64,000 bases of DNA from a virus (IMGVR_UViG_3300005805_000071:1-64000), one strand, 5' to 3'; shown: positions 42,601 to 51,855, numbered from the stretch's first letter. Notes: generated by a model not told the origin, from the letters alone. A program made the numbers and translations.

Positions 42601-45600
42601 AATCCATTCTTCAATTGTCCAATCATTAGAAGTATTTGTTAACGATCCTGCCGTTAACTTTGCATTTTGAGTTACTTCATAAGATCCTGTTCCATACTTA
42701 GTATCTACACTGATATTTACAGTTCCGCTGCTTGTTAAATCTAGTGATCTTTCTGTAATATCTTCATATGCGTTTTCTGCATTGAATAAGAATTGGGTTC
42801 TATTATCATATACAGTTCCCAATATAATGGGATCTCCAGAAACATCTGATATACAAGCAGATGTTTCAAAACCTTTTACTAAAGATGAAATCTTGGTTGA
42901 TTTTAAAACTTTTCCATCATACCTAAATTTAAACACACCAACTTGCTTAGTACCATCTAAATTGTTATTAATCGTGTATGAAACATTGACATCACCAAAA
43001 ATGTCGATGGAACACTTACCACAAGAAATGTCTACCGCTGGAGCAATTGTATTAAAACGATTTTTTACGATAGATCCGTCATTTGCAAGTCTAAAAAACT
43101 GTACAATATTTTTTACATTTGTTATCGTATTTTTTACTGCAGATGTGATATATAATTCATCATTTTCATCAATAACAGACGATATATTATTGAATGAATA
43201 ATTTGTTATACTAAACTCCTTAGTCCATTCAACTAATAATCTATTAGATGAGAGATATAATTTAGATACTAAAATATTATTTACATTTGAATTACCAACT
43301 ATAAAAATATTACCATTAGAGTCAACATTTATAGAATGTATTTTTTCTTCTAAAGATAATGAGGTTAGTTTTCTCTTGGTGATTAAATCTCCAGAGCTAT
43401 TCATGTATAGTAATATACCATCATTAATACTGGTAGTATTTGTATTAGTATACCCAGTAACAATAATATTTTCATTTAAACATACAACGTCAGTAGCGTA
43501 ATCTGCTCTAGTTATTCCACTAATACCTGCAAACTCTCTTTGCCATGAGAGAGAAACTGTAGAACCTGTGGTATTTTCAGTATATCTAGCAATTATAATA
43601 TCAGGGTTAAATACTGAATTTAAGTTGCCATTTGGTTTAGTTATTCCTACGACATAGATTTTATTATCTTTTTTCTTTACAGATACCAACTCACAGTAAT
43701 TATTTGGTGTTCCAGGTTGCGTAGAAGATAGTGATTTTGTCCAAACTACTGTTCCGTCTGAAGATAATTTTTGTAAGAATCCATGGTAGTTTCCATCAGG
43801 TAATTTTACTTTACCAACAACAATAGCGGTCTTGTCATCAGAAACAATACCATTAAGAATAGTAACCTCACCGTTAGTTGTATTGTGAGAAGTGTAATAG
43901 TAATCAGCTTTCTTCTTTGTTTGTGGGTGTGATACTCTAACAATTGGATCTGTTAAGTAACCATCACCAGAATTTATAATGTCAAAATTTTCAATGACAC
44001 CATTAGAAGAAACTACAGGAGTAATTTTTCCATACTCGCCAGTTGGAGATTCGATATTAACAGTAGGAATTTCATCAGATAAGTATCCAGTTCCAACTTG
44101 AGTTACTTCAACTCTCTCAATTCCTCTGATTGACTTAACGAGAATTGTTTTTGAAGTTGGTTCCATTTCTGGAACAGTATTTAATGTTACAATATCACCT
44201 ACAATTAGATTATGAGGTTCTGATGTTGCAACTCTACCTTTGAATACATCTTCTTGATTATCATATTCATATGTATATGATGTTATCTGCTTTCCTTTAA
44301 TTGAAGAAATTCTTGCAGAAGCACCGTAACCAGCTGTACCCTCATTATCAAATACTAATCTATCACCAACCTGATAATCATCTCCTTCATTTTCAATTAA
44401 GAATCCACTAATTTTAGCATCTTCAAATTTAGTAGTTGTGTTAACTTCAATATCTACTTTTGATGAAATATTAATTTTTGGGAAGTAATCAAATACTTCT
44501 AATCTATCCTCTTCAAAAATGACATCAGGATCATCTATTTCACTCTGATCAATTATACCATCTTTATTTTCATCTTCAATATCAAAGGTTAGAAAATCTC
44601 CATTTTCTAATGTTAAAGCATTTGTAGATTCATTTGGTTGTCTTTCAACATCAATGTCAACATTTTCAAAGGGAGTTCTATAACGAACAACACCAGTAGG
44701 TATATTTGATTGTGTAGCAAATTGATTTAAGTTCCATAATTCTGGACTTGAATTAAACTCTGGACCTAAAACATATGGGAACTTGGATTGACCAGCAGCA
44801 TCTATAGTAACAAAATAAGCATATGTTCCATTTGGATACTCTGGTGTTTTTGTAAATCTTCCATTATATTCATCTAGATAAACTGAAAGACTATTGAATG
44901 TATATTCATAATCTTCAATGAAAGTTCCAGCTGGATATTCTGATAGATCTGGACCTTCAATTCTAGATGGAACAGGATTGGTGTTTTGATCGAAAACTAG
45001 ATTTGTTTTTAAAACGTAACTACTTTGAATAGGTACTATACTGCTGGATAAATTTGTAGGATCACTTAGTCCATAAGGTCCGTATATGGGATTTCCATCA
45101 AAAGCCCATCCTAAGATTGGTGAATGGAGTACGGATTCTCTCTCAATCAATTCACCATTAACAATATCGATATTATCTCCAAGAACATATCTTAATTGTT
45201 TTGGATTTGAGATATGTGCGTATTCTCCACCAAACTGGTTATTAAAACCTTCAAAGATAGATCCATTTGCATAGTCAAATGTAGTAGTTTGATTTAAATT
45301 AAAAGTCCATTCGAAAATTTCAGACTCAAACTCGGCAAGTTCTCCAACAGATTCTAATCTAATTTGAGTTGTTCCTTGAACATATCCAATACCACGATTT
45401 ACAATTTCTATACTAATAACTCTTCCTGAATCTACTCCTTCAGTTGAAATGATAGCTCTAGCTACAGCACCATATCCATTTCCAGTTATAATTACCTTTG
45501 GCGCAGTAGTATAACCAGTACCAGCAGCAATAATAGCAATAGAAATAATTCTACCATTACTTACATATGCCTGTGCAGCTGCCCCTTGACCACTACTAAT

Positions 45601-48600
45601 TGACACTTTTGGTGGAGATGTGTAGCTTGTTCCTGGATTTGTAACTACAACTTCTTTAATTGGACCTCTAACAACTGCTCTTGCTTCAGCACCAACACCA
45701 CCTCCACCAGTAATAGTTACTATAGGTTCGGATGTATATCCAGATCCAGGAGTATTTAATAGAATATTTGTTAATCTTCCATTAGTGACCACAGCAGTTC
45801 CAGCTGCACCAATACCATCAGATCCATAAATTGAAACCAAAGGTGCATCGGTATAACCACTACCTCCATTTAATACTTCAAATCCAATAACGGATCCATC
45901 CACCACTACTTCTGCAGATGCATTTTGTCCACCACCTCCAGAAATAGTTAAAATAGGAGGAACAGATGCATCATAATCTTTTCCAGAATTGGTGATATTT
46001 ACAGATGTTACTGGACCATATGGTAGTGTTTTGGTTGATTTGTAACTCCAAATAGAAATACCATTAACAAAACTTCCAATAGGACCTGGTTTTATAACAG
46101 TTTTTAGTGATATTGTATTTGGTATTCTTGGGAATTTGTATAACTTTCTTTGGTTTCCAGGTAACAATGCTGTACCTGGGAAAGGACCAATTTTATAGTT
46201 TGGAATTCCAGATGCAGCAACATAGACATCAGTATCATTCAAGAATGTATTTTGAATATTTGAGGGGTATTTGCTAATAGTATTATTGATAGTATCATTA
46301 TCACTCTTTCCTGTATTCAGGTCAATTGATATTAGAATATTTCCTTGAGGATCTGCAACTGCAGGTTGAGGTATTTCATATTTAAATACTGTATCACTTT
46401 CTCTTGCTGTTACCAAGAAAGATCCATTATATACAATAGGATTTGCTCCATATACAGTGAATTTATCTCCAACCAATAGACCATGAGGAGTATCAGTTGT
46501 CACTGATACTGTTCTATTGTTAAGACCACCAAAGGTCATATCTTCTACTTTAAGTAGTTTTTTGACATTATATAACCAACTAGTAACAAGTTCGGATGTG
46601 TCATCAGTACCTAATTTGGAAATTGAAAGTTTATCTCCCTCTAAGTAGTAGTTACCATCATCAATGAGAATCGTTTTATTTGCATCAATAATGCCTAGTA
46701 TTGACAAGATAACTTCATTAGAAGTCCCCTTATTCAAATAAACATAAACGTTAGAAACGACTTCTGTTCCAGCATCCCACTTTGTTGGTTCAGTACCATA
46801 CAGTCCTCTAGTACACTCAATAAATTGAGTTAAAGTTTTTTCCTTATATCTAATAATTTCTGATCCAATAATCACCTCACCATTTCTGTCTGGCCAACCA
46901 ATTGTAGAGTCAACATTAACTATCAAATCTTCAGGATCTACTCTTTCAATTAATTTTGTGCTGTATGGAATAACAAATTTACCAACAACACTTTCTTCAG
47001 ATAAAATTAATTCATATACATCATAAAACGCTGTCTGAATAGCTGTATAATTTTCTACTAATGCACTTGCATATGAAACGTTTGTATCAATAGGATCATC
47101 CAACTGCTCCATTAAGGAGTCTTTAATATTATTAGGATCACCAGATATTAATTTTGCTCTCAATACAGTGTCTACAGACCAAGTTGACGCTGATGGTTTA
47201 ATAATTTGATCTTTAGGATATGTTACCGAAACCGATTCACCATATAGTAATTTAAACAAATATTTTACTGAATTTACTGTTCCCTTTGATGCATAAAAAT
47301 CCTTAATAGTACTCAATACATTAGAAATGTTTAGTGTATTTGTATCTAATGATGGTAATCCTGGTAAATATTGCTCACAAATTCTATCAACAATTTTCTT
47401 AAGAAAAACGCTATCGATACTAATTACTGAAGCATTTGCTTTATGTACAGTTGGTATAGATTCAGACTCTTTTTTAAATACAACATCATTTATATCATAT
47501 CTTAATAAACCGCTAACTCCTCTGCTGCAATTAACAAATTCAGATTTGATATATCTTTCCCCATGATTGATCAGTTCAAAACCAGTTATCTGATCTTCAC
47601 CAATTTCAGCAGATACTTTAGCTCCTACTGTTGGTGAAATATAAACCTTTGGTGGAAACTGTCTTGAATATCCACTACCAAAATCGGTGATATTGATATC
47701 AATAATTTCACCATTAAATATTGCTGCGACTGCTTTTGCTCCAGTTCCACCAATGAAATTTCCTAGATTATCTTTTCTTTCATCAACAATGTAAATACTT
47801 GGTACATCATTATATCCAAATCCACTATCTAATAGTTCAATATTAATTACTCTTCCAAAATCATCTACTTCAACATCTAATATTTGTGCCCCTGTTGGCT
47901 GTACAACTTTTACTCTAGGCGGATTTAGATATGAATATCCTCTTCCAGGAGCTAAAATATTTACCGCAACTAAAACTCCATCATCGTTAAGAACTCCCTC
48001 TGCTACAGCTTGAATGCCATTTGAATCTTCTGGTAAATCGATATAAATGTGTGGAGCAACGGTATAACCAAATCCACCAGAAATTACTTCAATACTTACT
48101 AGAGAGTCTCCATCCACAACTGGATTACCAACTTCCGCTCCATATGGATTTACGATTTGAACCCTAGGAACAAAATCATAACCAGATCCGCTACTAGTCA
48201 GATTAATAGATTGTATTGAACCATCAGTATTTACTGTAACTTCTGCGGTTGCTTGTTTACCTTCTGGATTAGTTGGCGAATTAATTACAACAGAAGGAGG
48301 ATTTGTTTGTGAATATCCATATCCACCATCCAATAATGTTAGTTTGGTTATCCCTCCAACTAAAGCTGTAGCCGTTGCATTGATACCTGAACCACCAACT
48401 ATAGTTACCTGTGGAGTATTTTCAATCTTATATCCACTACCACCAACTCTAGGAACGATTTTTTCAATTCTTCCTTGATTGTCAACAACACTAAAAGACT
48501 CTGCTCCAGATCCGACCGAAACTAAATTTGCATTGATGTATCCTACATATATACTTTCTCTTGGAGCAACTTTAAAGATTATATTATTTTGATAAATGCT

Positions 48601-49407
48601 ATAATCTATTGATGGCATGAGATAATTACCATCGGCAATAACTACGCACAATGAAGTTGCTGATGGATAAAATGGAACATTATTAACTTTTAAATTGAAA
48701 ATATATTTTAGTGGAGTATTTTCATCTGACGGCACTAAAGTATCCATAACCTGGATATTGGATTGCGAAAATCCTTTCAGGTATTCTATACTGATACTTG
48801 TAGCAGTATCAGATAAATTGATAATATCAAAAGTTCTAGGAGCTTGAGTGAAAACAATCTCATCATTTTCGACAGTATAATCTACTTCTGGAATTAAAAA
48901 CTCATCGTAAATTTTAACTATTAGATGCTTACTAGATGCTGGAAATATTGGTATATTATCTGATGTTAGTTCAAACCTTTTTCTAGTGCCGTCAAAAAGG
49001 TTAAAAGGATTTGCTAATTCAATTTTCTTAGTATTAAATTCTCCTATAGAAATTCCCGAAGTTAAAATTATACTAGGAGATTTTTTTAGATATTCATAAT
49101 AAATGATCTCATCATCTATCAATATAGTTCCGTCTTGCTCAACAAAACCATAAGTATTTTCAACTTCAATATTTTTAGTTTGATGATCAATATCAAAAAT
49201 TAGTGTTGTGTGTCCATCTAACTTTGTCAGATCATACTTTCCAATATTCAAATAATCTGATAGATTATTTACAATATCAATTGGTCCACCAGTCCTTTCT
49301 TGAGATTTGTAGTATTGTGATACAAAATCTTCAAATAAAGGACTATTTTCTTTTATGAATGCAGGAAGTTGATTTAATACTGAAAGCGAAACGGATGCGT
49401 GTTGCAT
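33664..49407 (-). CDS. Giant baseplate wedge initiator (gp7-like) multidomain protein, 5247 aa
   Basis: LPAFIKENSPLFEDFVSQYY and KDFYASKGT..SVKYLFKLLYG motifs; follows gp6. Contains G-rich beta repeats, a split YHYH-like domain, propeller-like and LamG-like segments, and four phycobiliprotein-like domains. Confidence 0.85.
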   Translation of the reverse strand: MQHASVSLSVLNQLPAFIKENSPLFEDFVSQYYKSQERTGGPIDIVNNLSDYLNIGKYDLTKLDGHTTLIFDIDHQTKNIEVENTYGFVEQDGTILIDDEIIYYEYLKKSPSIILTSGISIGEFNTKKIELANPFNLFDGTRKRFELTSDNIPIFPASSKHLIVKIYDEFLIPEVDYTVENDEIVFTQAPRTFDIINLSDTATSISIEYLKGFSQSNIQVMDTLVPSDENTPLKYIFNLKVNNVPFYPSATSLCVVIADGNYLMPSIDYSIYQNNIIFKVAPRESIYVGYINANLVSVGSGAESFSVVDNQGRIEKIVPRVGGSGYKIENTPQVTIVGGSGINATATALVGGITKLTLLDGGYGYSQTNPPSVVINSPTNPEGKQATAEVTVNTDGSIQSINLTSSGSGYDFVPRVQIVNPYGAEVGNPVVDGDSLVSIEVISGGFGYTVAPHIYIDLPEDSNGIQAVAEGVLNDDGVLVAVNILAPGRGYSYLNPPRVKVVQPTGAQILDVEVDDFGRVINIELLDSGFGYNDVPSIYIVDERKDNLGNFIGGTGAKAVAAIFNGEIIDINITDFGSGYSRQFPPKVYISPTVGAKVSAEIGEDQITGFELINHGERYIKSEFVNCSRGVSGLLRYDINDVVFKKESESIPTVHKANASVISIDSVFLKKIVDRICEQYLPGLPSLDTNTLNISNVLSTIKDFYASKGTVNSVKYLFKLLYGESVSVTYPKDQIIKPSASTWSVDTVLRAKLISGDPNNIKDSLMEQLDDPIDTNVSYASALVENYTAIQTAFYDVYELILSEESVVGKFVIPYSTKLIERVDPEDLIVNVDSTIGWPDRNGEVIIGSEIIRYKEKTLTQFIECTRGLYGTEPTKWDAGTEVVSNVYVYLNKGTSNEVILSILGIIDANKTILIDDGNYYLEGDKLSISKLGTDDTSELVTSWLYNVKKLLKVEDMTFGGLNNRTVSVTTDTPHGLLVGDKFTVYGANPIVYNGSFLVTARESDTVFKYEIPQPAVADPQGNILISIDLNTGKSDNDTINNTISKYPSNIQNTFLNDTDVYVAASGIPNYKIGPFPGTALLPGNQRKLYKFPRIPNTISLKTVIKPGPIGSFVNGISIWSYKSTKTLPYGPVTSVNITNSGKDYDASVPPILTISGGGGQNASAEVVVDGSVIGFEVLNGGSGYTDAPLVSIYGSDGIGAAGTAVVTNGRLTNILLNTPGSGYTSEPIVTITGGGGVGAEARAVVRGPIKEVVVTNPGTSYTSPPKVSISSGQGAAAQAYVSNGRIISIAIIAAGTGYTTAPKVIITGNGYGAVARAIISTEGVDSGRVISIEIVNRGIGYVQGTTQIRLESVGELAEFESEIFEWTFNLNQTTTFDYANGSIFEGFNNQFGGEYAHISNPKQLRYVLGDNIDIVNGELIERESVLHSPILGWAFDGNPIYGPYGLSDPTNLSSSIVPIQSSYVLKTNLVFDQNTNPVPSRIEGPDLSEYPAGTFIEDYEYTFNSLSVYLDEYNGRFTKTPEYPNGTYAYFVTIDAAGQSKFPYVLGPEFNSSPELWNLNQFATQSNIPTGVVRYRTPFENVDIDVERQPNESTNALTLENGDFLTFDIEDENKDGIIDQSEIDDPDVIFEEDRLEVFDYFPKINISSKVDIEVNTTTKFEDAKISGFLIENEGDDYQVGDRLVFDNEGTAGYGASARISSIKGKQITSYTYEYDNQEDVFKGRVATSEPHNLIVGDIVTLNTVPEMEPTSKTILVKSIRGIERVEVTQVGTGYLSDEIPTVNIESPTGEYGKITPVVSSNGVIENFDIINSGDGYLTDPIVRVSHPQTKKKADYYYTSHNTTNGEVTILNGIVSDDKTAIVVGKVKLPDGNYHGFLQKLSSDGTVVWTKSLSSTQPGTPNNYCELVSVKKKDNKIYVVGITKPNGNLNSVFNPDIIIARYTENTTGSTVSLSWQREFAGISGITRADYATDVVCLNENIIVTGYTNTNTTSINDGILLYMNSSGDLITKRKLTSLSLEEKIHSINVDSNGNIFIVGNSNVNNILVSKLYLSSNRLLVEWTKEFSITNYSFNNISSVIDENDELYITSAVKNTITNVKNIVQFFRLANDGSIVKNRFNTIAPAVDISCGKCSIDIFGDVNVSYTINNNLDGTKQVGVFKFRYDGKVLKSTKISSLVKGFETSACISDVSGDPIILGTVYDNRTQFLFNAENAYEDITERSLDLTSSGTVNISVDTKYGTGSYEVTQNAKLTAGSLTNTSNDWTIEEWIKWDNTATAKTPVLIRATDGVNGVRVVVFADTSSPSTYGKIRLSNDGATVSQISSTSTHITDLTTDWVHLKVTKEYNSGVSTYKLYWNDTLSATISENVNVSPSTIEFGSTTAYQSWPMKIDDIRYSSYPTIGVPTEGYLKADYGNPSGLSFKTDKNADADRLGTINLTTNDIAITRSLYTPNAAEQDVIISSSTYTLAPEGLQILDFNNAISGLAQDYAIPTVRLDKWSVRTATIPTVGGSKVKVRAKTFDKFFFKHFQTEKTDNVLRLTLNQGFDFNVGTTLYQRNNLGAIIATARIIDKDLENNDLIVGDATGSFSETTGYLQSSDNFVNEIQGYVFAEVNNTTPGTFDIEIPNEIFGIFKDYSDNDYLIRIDEVLQGSSYVVGSIVTISSNDISFTSDRKEATITNLTAVTKISIITNLTKVLQIDTKNNTDLIFVRTATSHYLKTRDIVYCQVSPVNYEPLNGTFDVHSVISKKEFILELRDIPVSNITSAQTVSVYVKTPVFRFIYGQQYTFDTADPSMQGHYLSFYRDNLYKIEYTFKNIVRRGTPGFDQPGASPYISFKITDDVSNITYYADPSNLTADGPVTNDSYLDIQLSPYIGKFVVTDLDGGSITQGPNVFKFNLAYEPEKNATTASSSYSTESLKDSGPISSIKLISGGGFYKKLPVVSGIESSRKIERVNIIEPGSEYAAGQYFGIPILGDGNGGKVSILVDGTTDPAGQIVEVTITDPGKGYTQAYIDVDAIDGILGPLLSGSGAVLEVEIPPFGSGASIFTKGTQVGKIKNLKNNNYGFNYTHDYTLRPEITFPLNLQLTSTSVISGIKITNPGTGYTTAPEVVIEGGGGSGATAIAEIRNGRLSSIIVKETGSGYSTAPTISLKSAFTYVVNIDLGLFQFSFPHGIVSGSEITFTNQDVGEGTQFPLTSFGYINPNQTYYAITGLENGLEDEQLRVALTPQDAISGNYISFVNAGTGRQIILTDSFGGAAESIVEVGRFLSGELIYQGETYENATATAYVSTNDGWQIGPRLLKIVNIDGVFTVGQPVTGLISKASGIIDSISNAKGVLEVDSTTTTAGKFTSDVGKLGEIVQKIQDSYLYQNFSYNIKSPVPIELWRETLIENVHPAGFKVFGEIDLVENKKGITNKTEFELTKSVNLIESSVVSTIQDYAIVEPVYSDFDNTQVLFRNKKLTTSEEILTSVVQRLDDISNLFDGERTAFPLTILGEPVIADSSQFLITINGVIQPPGSSFVVQQGNIIFTEPPAAPTKISYAKLTLQFVPTQILNISNLSGILPEFGGSIRGITTNTTANIVQSTSGSLRVYNITGDGFENGEVIISTATGMNAILVSQETFNVDNIYQFEEVITNTTKDTAVVEEINLNTTNNIVTNEITISKTSGTYLNPSGVLDLDIGDYILSARTGVFARITTLSPYLDPSTEQPISSISISDPSTFTGLIFSREIIPDRPNTILDDIGNSVVEVVNIEDDEQKYEINFVPFEDITNIVLDFNYNTGTNVIANDLLQSLYVNYINESDDFTSGEIIVSKRLTYHTLSGGNFFQGDIITGSDSGETAEIIGINYALKTLFLGNQSGDFNLGETITSGSVSAVTSQYLTVPFTVNQIQTNNKKIITGQIDLDNRHRFRDAANLIRLNAAHIVEEAAGRMKSRYPDLIIPGDEGGNIEGTNRCKLDLSLLLDAVAEDIEVGGNYNTTTAARFYLDSNGGLRFIKLQILQSLYAHTQMSELCQDAVIGNLSDTPLYSDILPVPPYDVIVDPGACADVRSAIDSLWTLINTILSPVDQAYIDAANQLWFNRNFIAQEATGYIENYFTYQLNGVNYTALTYPNGNSSKCERDITDYIIPSIIADMLTGGNDNIISAMEFYIGNAEIEYVKDELLQTVIAFEKVNELSQYAVDNWIISGTTSSEYATTYGATAPKYKDLTIPADDGTYGGNCERIKATIDTLFNIGIGILIPERNSFFGRYYDASNLIESNKQLIAEVAVGRMLNAYPAFTIPNGNQNCIDDIVDILDAIIYDLRNGGNARTFDYSQVYTINSYLSGEQIQSNYAFNQARDMAIEAMRNQSITIGGYSSLTQVIDNTIEVDPSNPTCANVASSITTLFSILTTAVTNGNMNHVTRQSESNANKLYRDAAKLLLFNKEYIKYESLQRTLNQYPSFSIPGGNAKCLRDMGYIIDAIVYDLLTNGNTGILNATLSYIDATTGTIVSLEGELVQSIYAYNRVLDYMKLAVAETLTSPATASGQYAYTDPNISITGSNLTEIQNFITDNMSILLGTLNNSSYIEINQIIGVNSLSVPQKSYPSREPFTPIKGSLSVGDYIYGSTSGEFAEVESIINNRGYVKNILRRLEIQYNDPDEVFSHNTSVTRQGFPGTTGTIVSTENGEFVSYIDVSMTSGQFSVGHTLIDDNGYLATITSITNRVQLVNVIGSFGSDEYISGLYSGADLTSNNFDYNVCPILSNTGSKLTLETEALQGEFLPSRLVYSNNTSHYIDIVDPQGTLVGINDIIRTTRTVRLTVDINAQVGSKFPIGSTLFKVNGLIPTTSSAKILNVELINNDSQAYIYVANFTEDDFVTGNVVSYFDDGEVFPSGSGTISNVLITATESYATITKISQIGLGYRLYLGNVVGNLSPYSQVIASYNYRAAVTNVVEVAGRVSRSFVGFNGIQDTFALTENNGDPYFPPEDGHLLLFLNGVLQPPGSSYTIFGDTVQFSEPPTIGSLFSAVYLGKLRQLDDIGFQFDSLRSTFNLKLNDSFYSLTLTDGVQSSTIRPENNIIISLNGVIQEPGVAFELVGSRVIFAEVPRAGSTFVAFSYIGSDTDVISVDVIPPVEIGDKLRIEGELEDRTVAVIESSNSLITFDYLGSVLGNGAEALTEIINGRIKNIQLTSGGEGYTSEPIISFNSLTGFDAQARAQVGVSRVVVNNRGSGYAYPTVDIVYDVPPPPEGFEFKFDDNEASWDTNAVTFDQV

Positions 49408-49429
49408 TTTTGAATATCTCTCTTTGTAC

Positions 49430-49436
49430 TATTTAA
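49430..49436 (-). promoter_or_regulatory. Late promoter TTAAATA upstream of the giant gp7-like gene
   Basis: Intergenic NTAAATA variant. Confidence 0.6.
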
Positions 49437-49443
49437 CAGAGTT

Positions 49444-51402
49444 TTAACTGAAGCAAGATGCGAAATCTGCGGTTACAGCAACAGGGGAAGTAAATGTCAA
49501 GGTTTGTGGATTTGCTGCTAAGGAATTTGGATTTCCTGTTGATGCTCCTGGACCAGTAGAAGGAATATCAGTTCCTACATTAATTTCTGGAGTTGGAATA
49601 CTTATAATTGCTCCAGCGGGAGGAGTAATATTATTTGGATTTAGTGGATTAACTGAAATCACAATATTCGTTGGACATGTTGCATCTGGAGGACACTGTG
49701 TTGTTATTGGTCCAACTACTACCTGTCCATTATCGCAATTATATGTTCCAGCATTAGTATTTGTAATGACTGGTTGATTATTGTCAATATAGTATGACAC
49801 TAAATTACCATTACCATCATCCTGTAAATACTGTGGTTGTACTATACCTGGAGTATAAAATGCAGATGATTGAACAGTGTTTCCAGCAGCAGAATCACAA
49901 CTACAATTTAATTGCATTCCAAAATTTAATGTCCATGTTGAAGGATCAGTCAAATCCTCATAAGGTATTATTTGATATGGTGTAATTCCAAATTGAACAT
50001 CATTAATATTTGGATCTGAATTTAAAATAATTTTTTCTAACTGAGAAATGGATAGCGATCTTCCAAAATTTCCTAAATCTTGCTGATCTCCATAGTCTTG
50101 CAATGCTGCCAACACTCTTCTTCTTATATCATCTGCAGTATTTTGACTTAATGAATCATCTGATAAAACACTTCTAAATGTATTTGCAGCAATAAAGATT
50201 CTAAGATTAACATAAAAATCATCTGGATCAACAATAACCGTTTCGACAGATGCCATAGCATATGGTCTAAGCTTAGAAATAATCTCATTACGAGTTAGGT
50301 TATTTAATTTTGTACCAGTTGTAGTTTTAATTGCTACAATAACCTTTCCGTATACTGGGGGATTTAATATTTCTCCTCCAAATGCATTTACATATTTCGC
50401 ATTGGGATATATATTTCTAATAATTGCCTCATAATCCCTAGCTGTTACTGCTCTGTTTTGTGCCGCATAGTATTTTGGTGCATTAAACTTGATAGATTTA
50501 ATTGATTCTGCGGGTGACCCAAGTTGAGATTTATCATTTAGGACCATTCTAACGGATAATGGTGCAATTCCATTTGAATCTACCATCGTTCCAATAAAAG
50601 ACATGGAGTTTACATTATTTCCTGCATCTCCACTTGATCTTACATATTCAAAATATATTACTTCATTGTCTTCTAATTTTTTTCCTATCACTCCATCACC
50701 AAAAGTTAATTCATATCTTCTATCTTCAGTTTCATTTAAGAAATAAATTTTATCTGTAGATTCCACAGATGTCACATTCATTACTCTATTAAATCTGTCA
50801 TATTGAGTGGATTGAATATTAGGTTTCACATAAACAGTTAACGTATCTGTATCTACATTATCATTTGGAATAATGTAATTTTGTTGAATATTTGTATCTA
50901 CAACATATTGATATGATAATAAATTTCCCTCATAAATTTTAAAATTGTCAAATATAGCTTCTCCAGTTGCTCTATTTACTGATACAGTCTTATCACTCAA
51001 TACTACAAATGTATAGGTAATTCCATTTACAACACCAGAAGCAACATCACCTTTCAGTAAAGTGACTGTTGTAGGAAAGGAACCATCAACGCCTAAAACT
51101 GTTTGAACAACACAAGTAACACATGCTTTTGCTGTAGATACTGATCTTGGGGTATAATTAATAAATCTTGCTAAAGATACTACATTATCCCTTATCGATG
51201 CTGTATCCAAAAATAGTTCGTTTAGTGCCATGTTAGCATTGAACGCACTGTAATAAGTGTTGTATGCTAACAAATCAATAAGATATGAAAGAGTAGAACC
51301 AGTAAAATCATAGTCAGTAAACTCTGGACGAGTTCTTAAATATGACTTGATAGATTCTCTAATGTCATCAAAATCTATATTAACTAAATTAGTAGGTTTC
51401 AT
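49444..51402 (-). CDS. gp6: Baseplate wedge subunit gp6
   Basis: DFDDIRESIKSYL, DYDFTGSTLSYLIDLLAYNT, YELTFGDG and QNRAVTARDY motifs. Confidence 0.93.
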   Translation of the reverse strand: MKPTNLVNIDFDDIRESIKSYLRTRPEFTDYDFTGSTLSYLIDLLAYNTYYSAFNANMALNELFLDTASIRDNVVSLARFINYTPRSVSTAKACVTCVVQTVLGVDGSFPTTVTLLKGDVASGVVNGITYTFVVLSDKTVSVNRATGEAIFDNFKIYEGNLLSYQYVVDTNIQQNYIIPNDNVDTDTLTVYVKPNIQSTQYDRFNRVMNVTSVESTDKIYFLNETEDRRYELTFGDGVIGKKLEDNEVIYFEYVRSSGDAGNNVNSMSFIGTMVDSNGIAPLSVRMVLNDKSQLGSPAESIKSIKFNAPKYYAAQNRAVTARDYEAIIRNIYPNAKYVNAFGGEILNPPVYGKVIVAIKTTTGTKLNNLTRNEIISKLRPYAMASVETVIVDPDDFYVNLRIFIAANTFRSVLSDDSLSQNTADDIRRRVLAALQDYGDQQDLGNFGRSLSISQLEKIILNSDPNINDVQFGITPYQIIPYEDLTDPSTWTLNFGMQLNCSCDSAAGNTVQSSAFYTPGIVQPQYLQDDGNGNLVSYYIDNNQPVITNTNAGTYNCDNGQVVVGPITTQCPPDATCPTNIVISVNPLNPNNITPPAGAIISIPTPEINVGTDIPSTGPGASTGNPNSLAANPQTLTFTSPVAVTADFASCFS

Positions 51403-51818
51403 TAATCGTTCGGCCTTTCTAGAATAAACTGGTTTTGTATAATCTTTGGTTCACCAATAATTCTATAGGTCACGGTTACTACAGCAGCATCTTCGTTATC
51501 CATAATTGCTACTTTAACTTCTTGGACATCTACTCTTTTTTCGTAGTTTTGAATTGTAGTAAGTATTTTACTCTGTAATTCCATACTACTAAAGACATCC
51601 AGGGGTTCAAATAACATTGAATATACATCTGAACCCACTGTTGGTTGCATGAGTCTCTCCCCAAATCTGGTTTGTACTAGATTTCGTATTGACTGTGTTA
51701 TTGCAGCCTCATTTTTCACAGCGTAAATGTCTTTGGTGATCGGATTACTCCTAAAATCAACATTTATATCTGTATAAGATCTAATGTATCTAGTTTCTTC
51801 CGAAGACCTGTTTGGCAT
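51402..51818 (-). CDS. gp25: Baseplate wedge protein gp25
   Basis: AITQSIRNLVQTRFGERLMQPTVGS...YEKRV. TATAAATA promoter at 51845-51852. Confidence 0.92.
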   Translation of the reverse strand: MPNRSSEETRYIRSYTDINVDFRSNPITKDIYAVKNEAAITQSIRNLVQTRFGERLMQPTVGSDVYSMLFEPLDVFSSMELQSKILTTIQNYEKRVDVQEVKVAIMDNEDAAVVTVTYRIIGEPKIIQNQFILERPND

Positions 51819-51844
51819 TACACGAAGATTAATTTATCTATGGT

Positions 51845-51852
51845 TATTTATA
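51845..51852 (-). promoter_or_regulatory. Late promoter TATAAATA upstream of gp25
   Basis: Exact consensus. Confidence 0.85.
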
Positions 51853-51855
51853 CTA

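Noticed and set aside
51402-51818. gp25 as an active lysozyme
   Set aside because: The 'lysozyme-like' label is a legacy annotation; gp25 is a structural sheath-initiation protein and no catalytic motif was seen.
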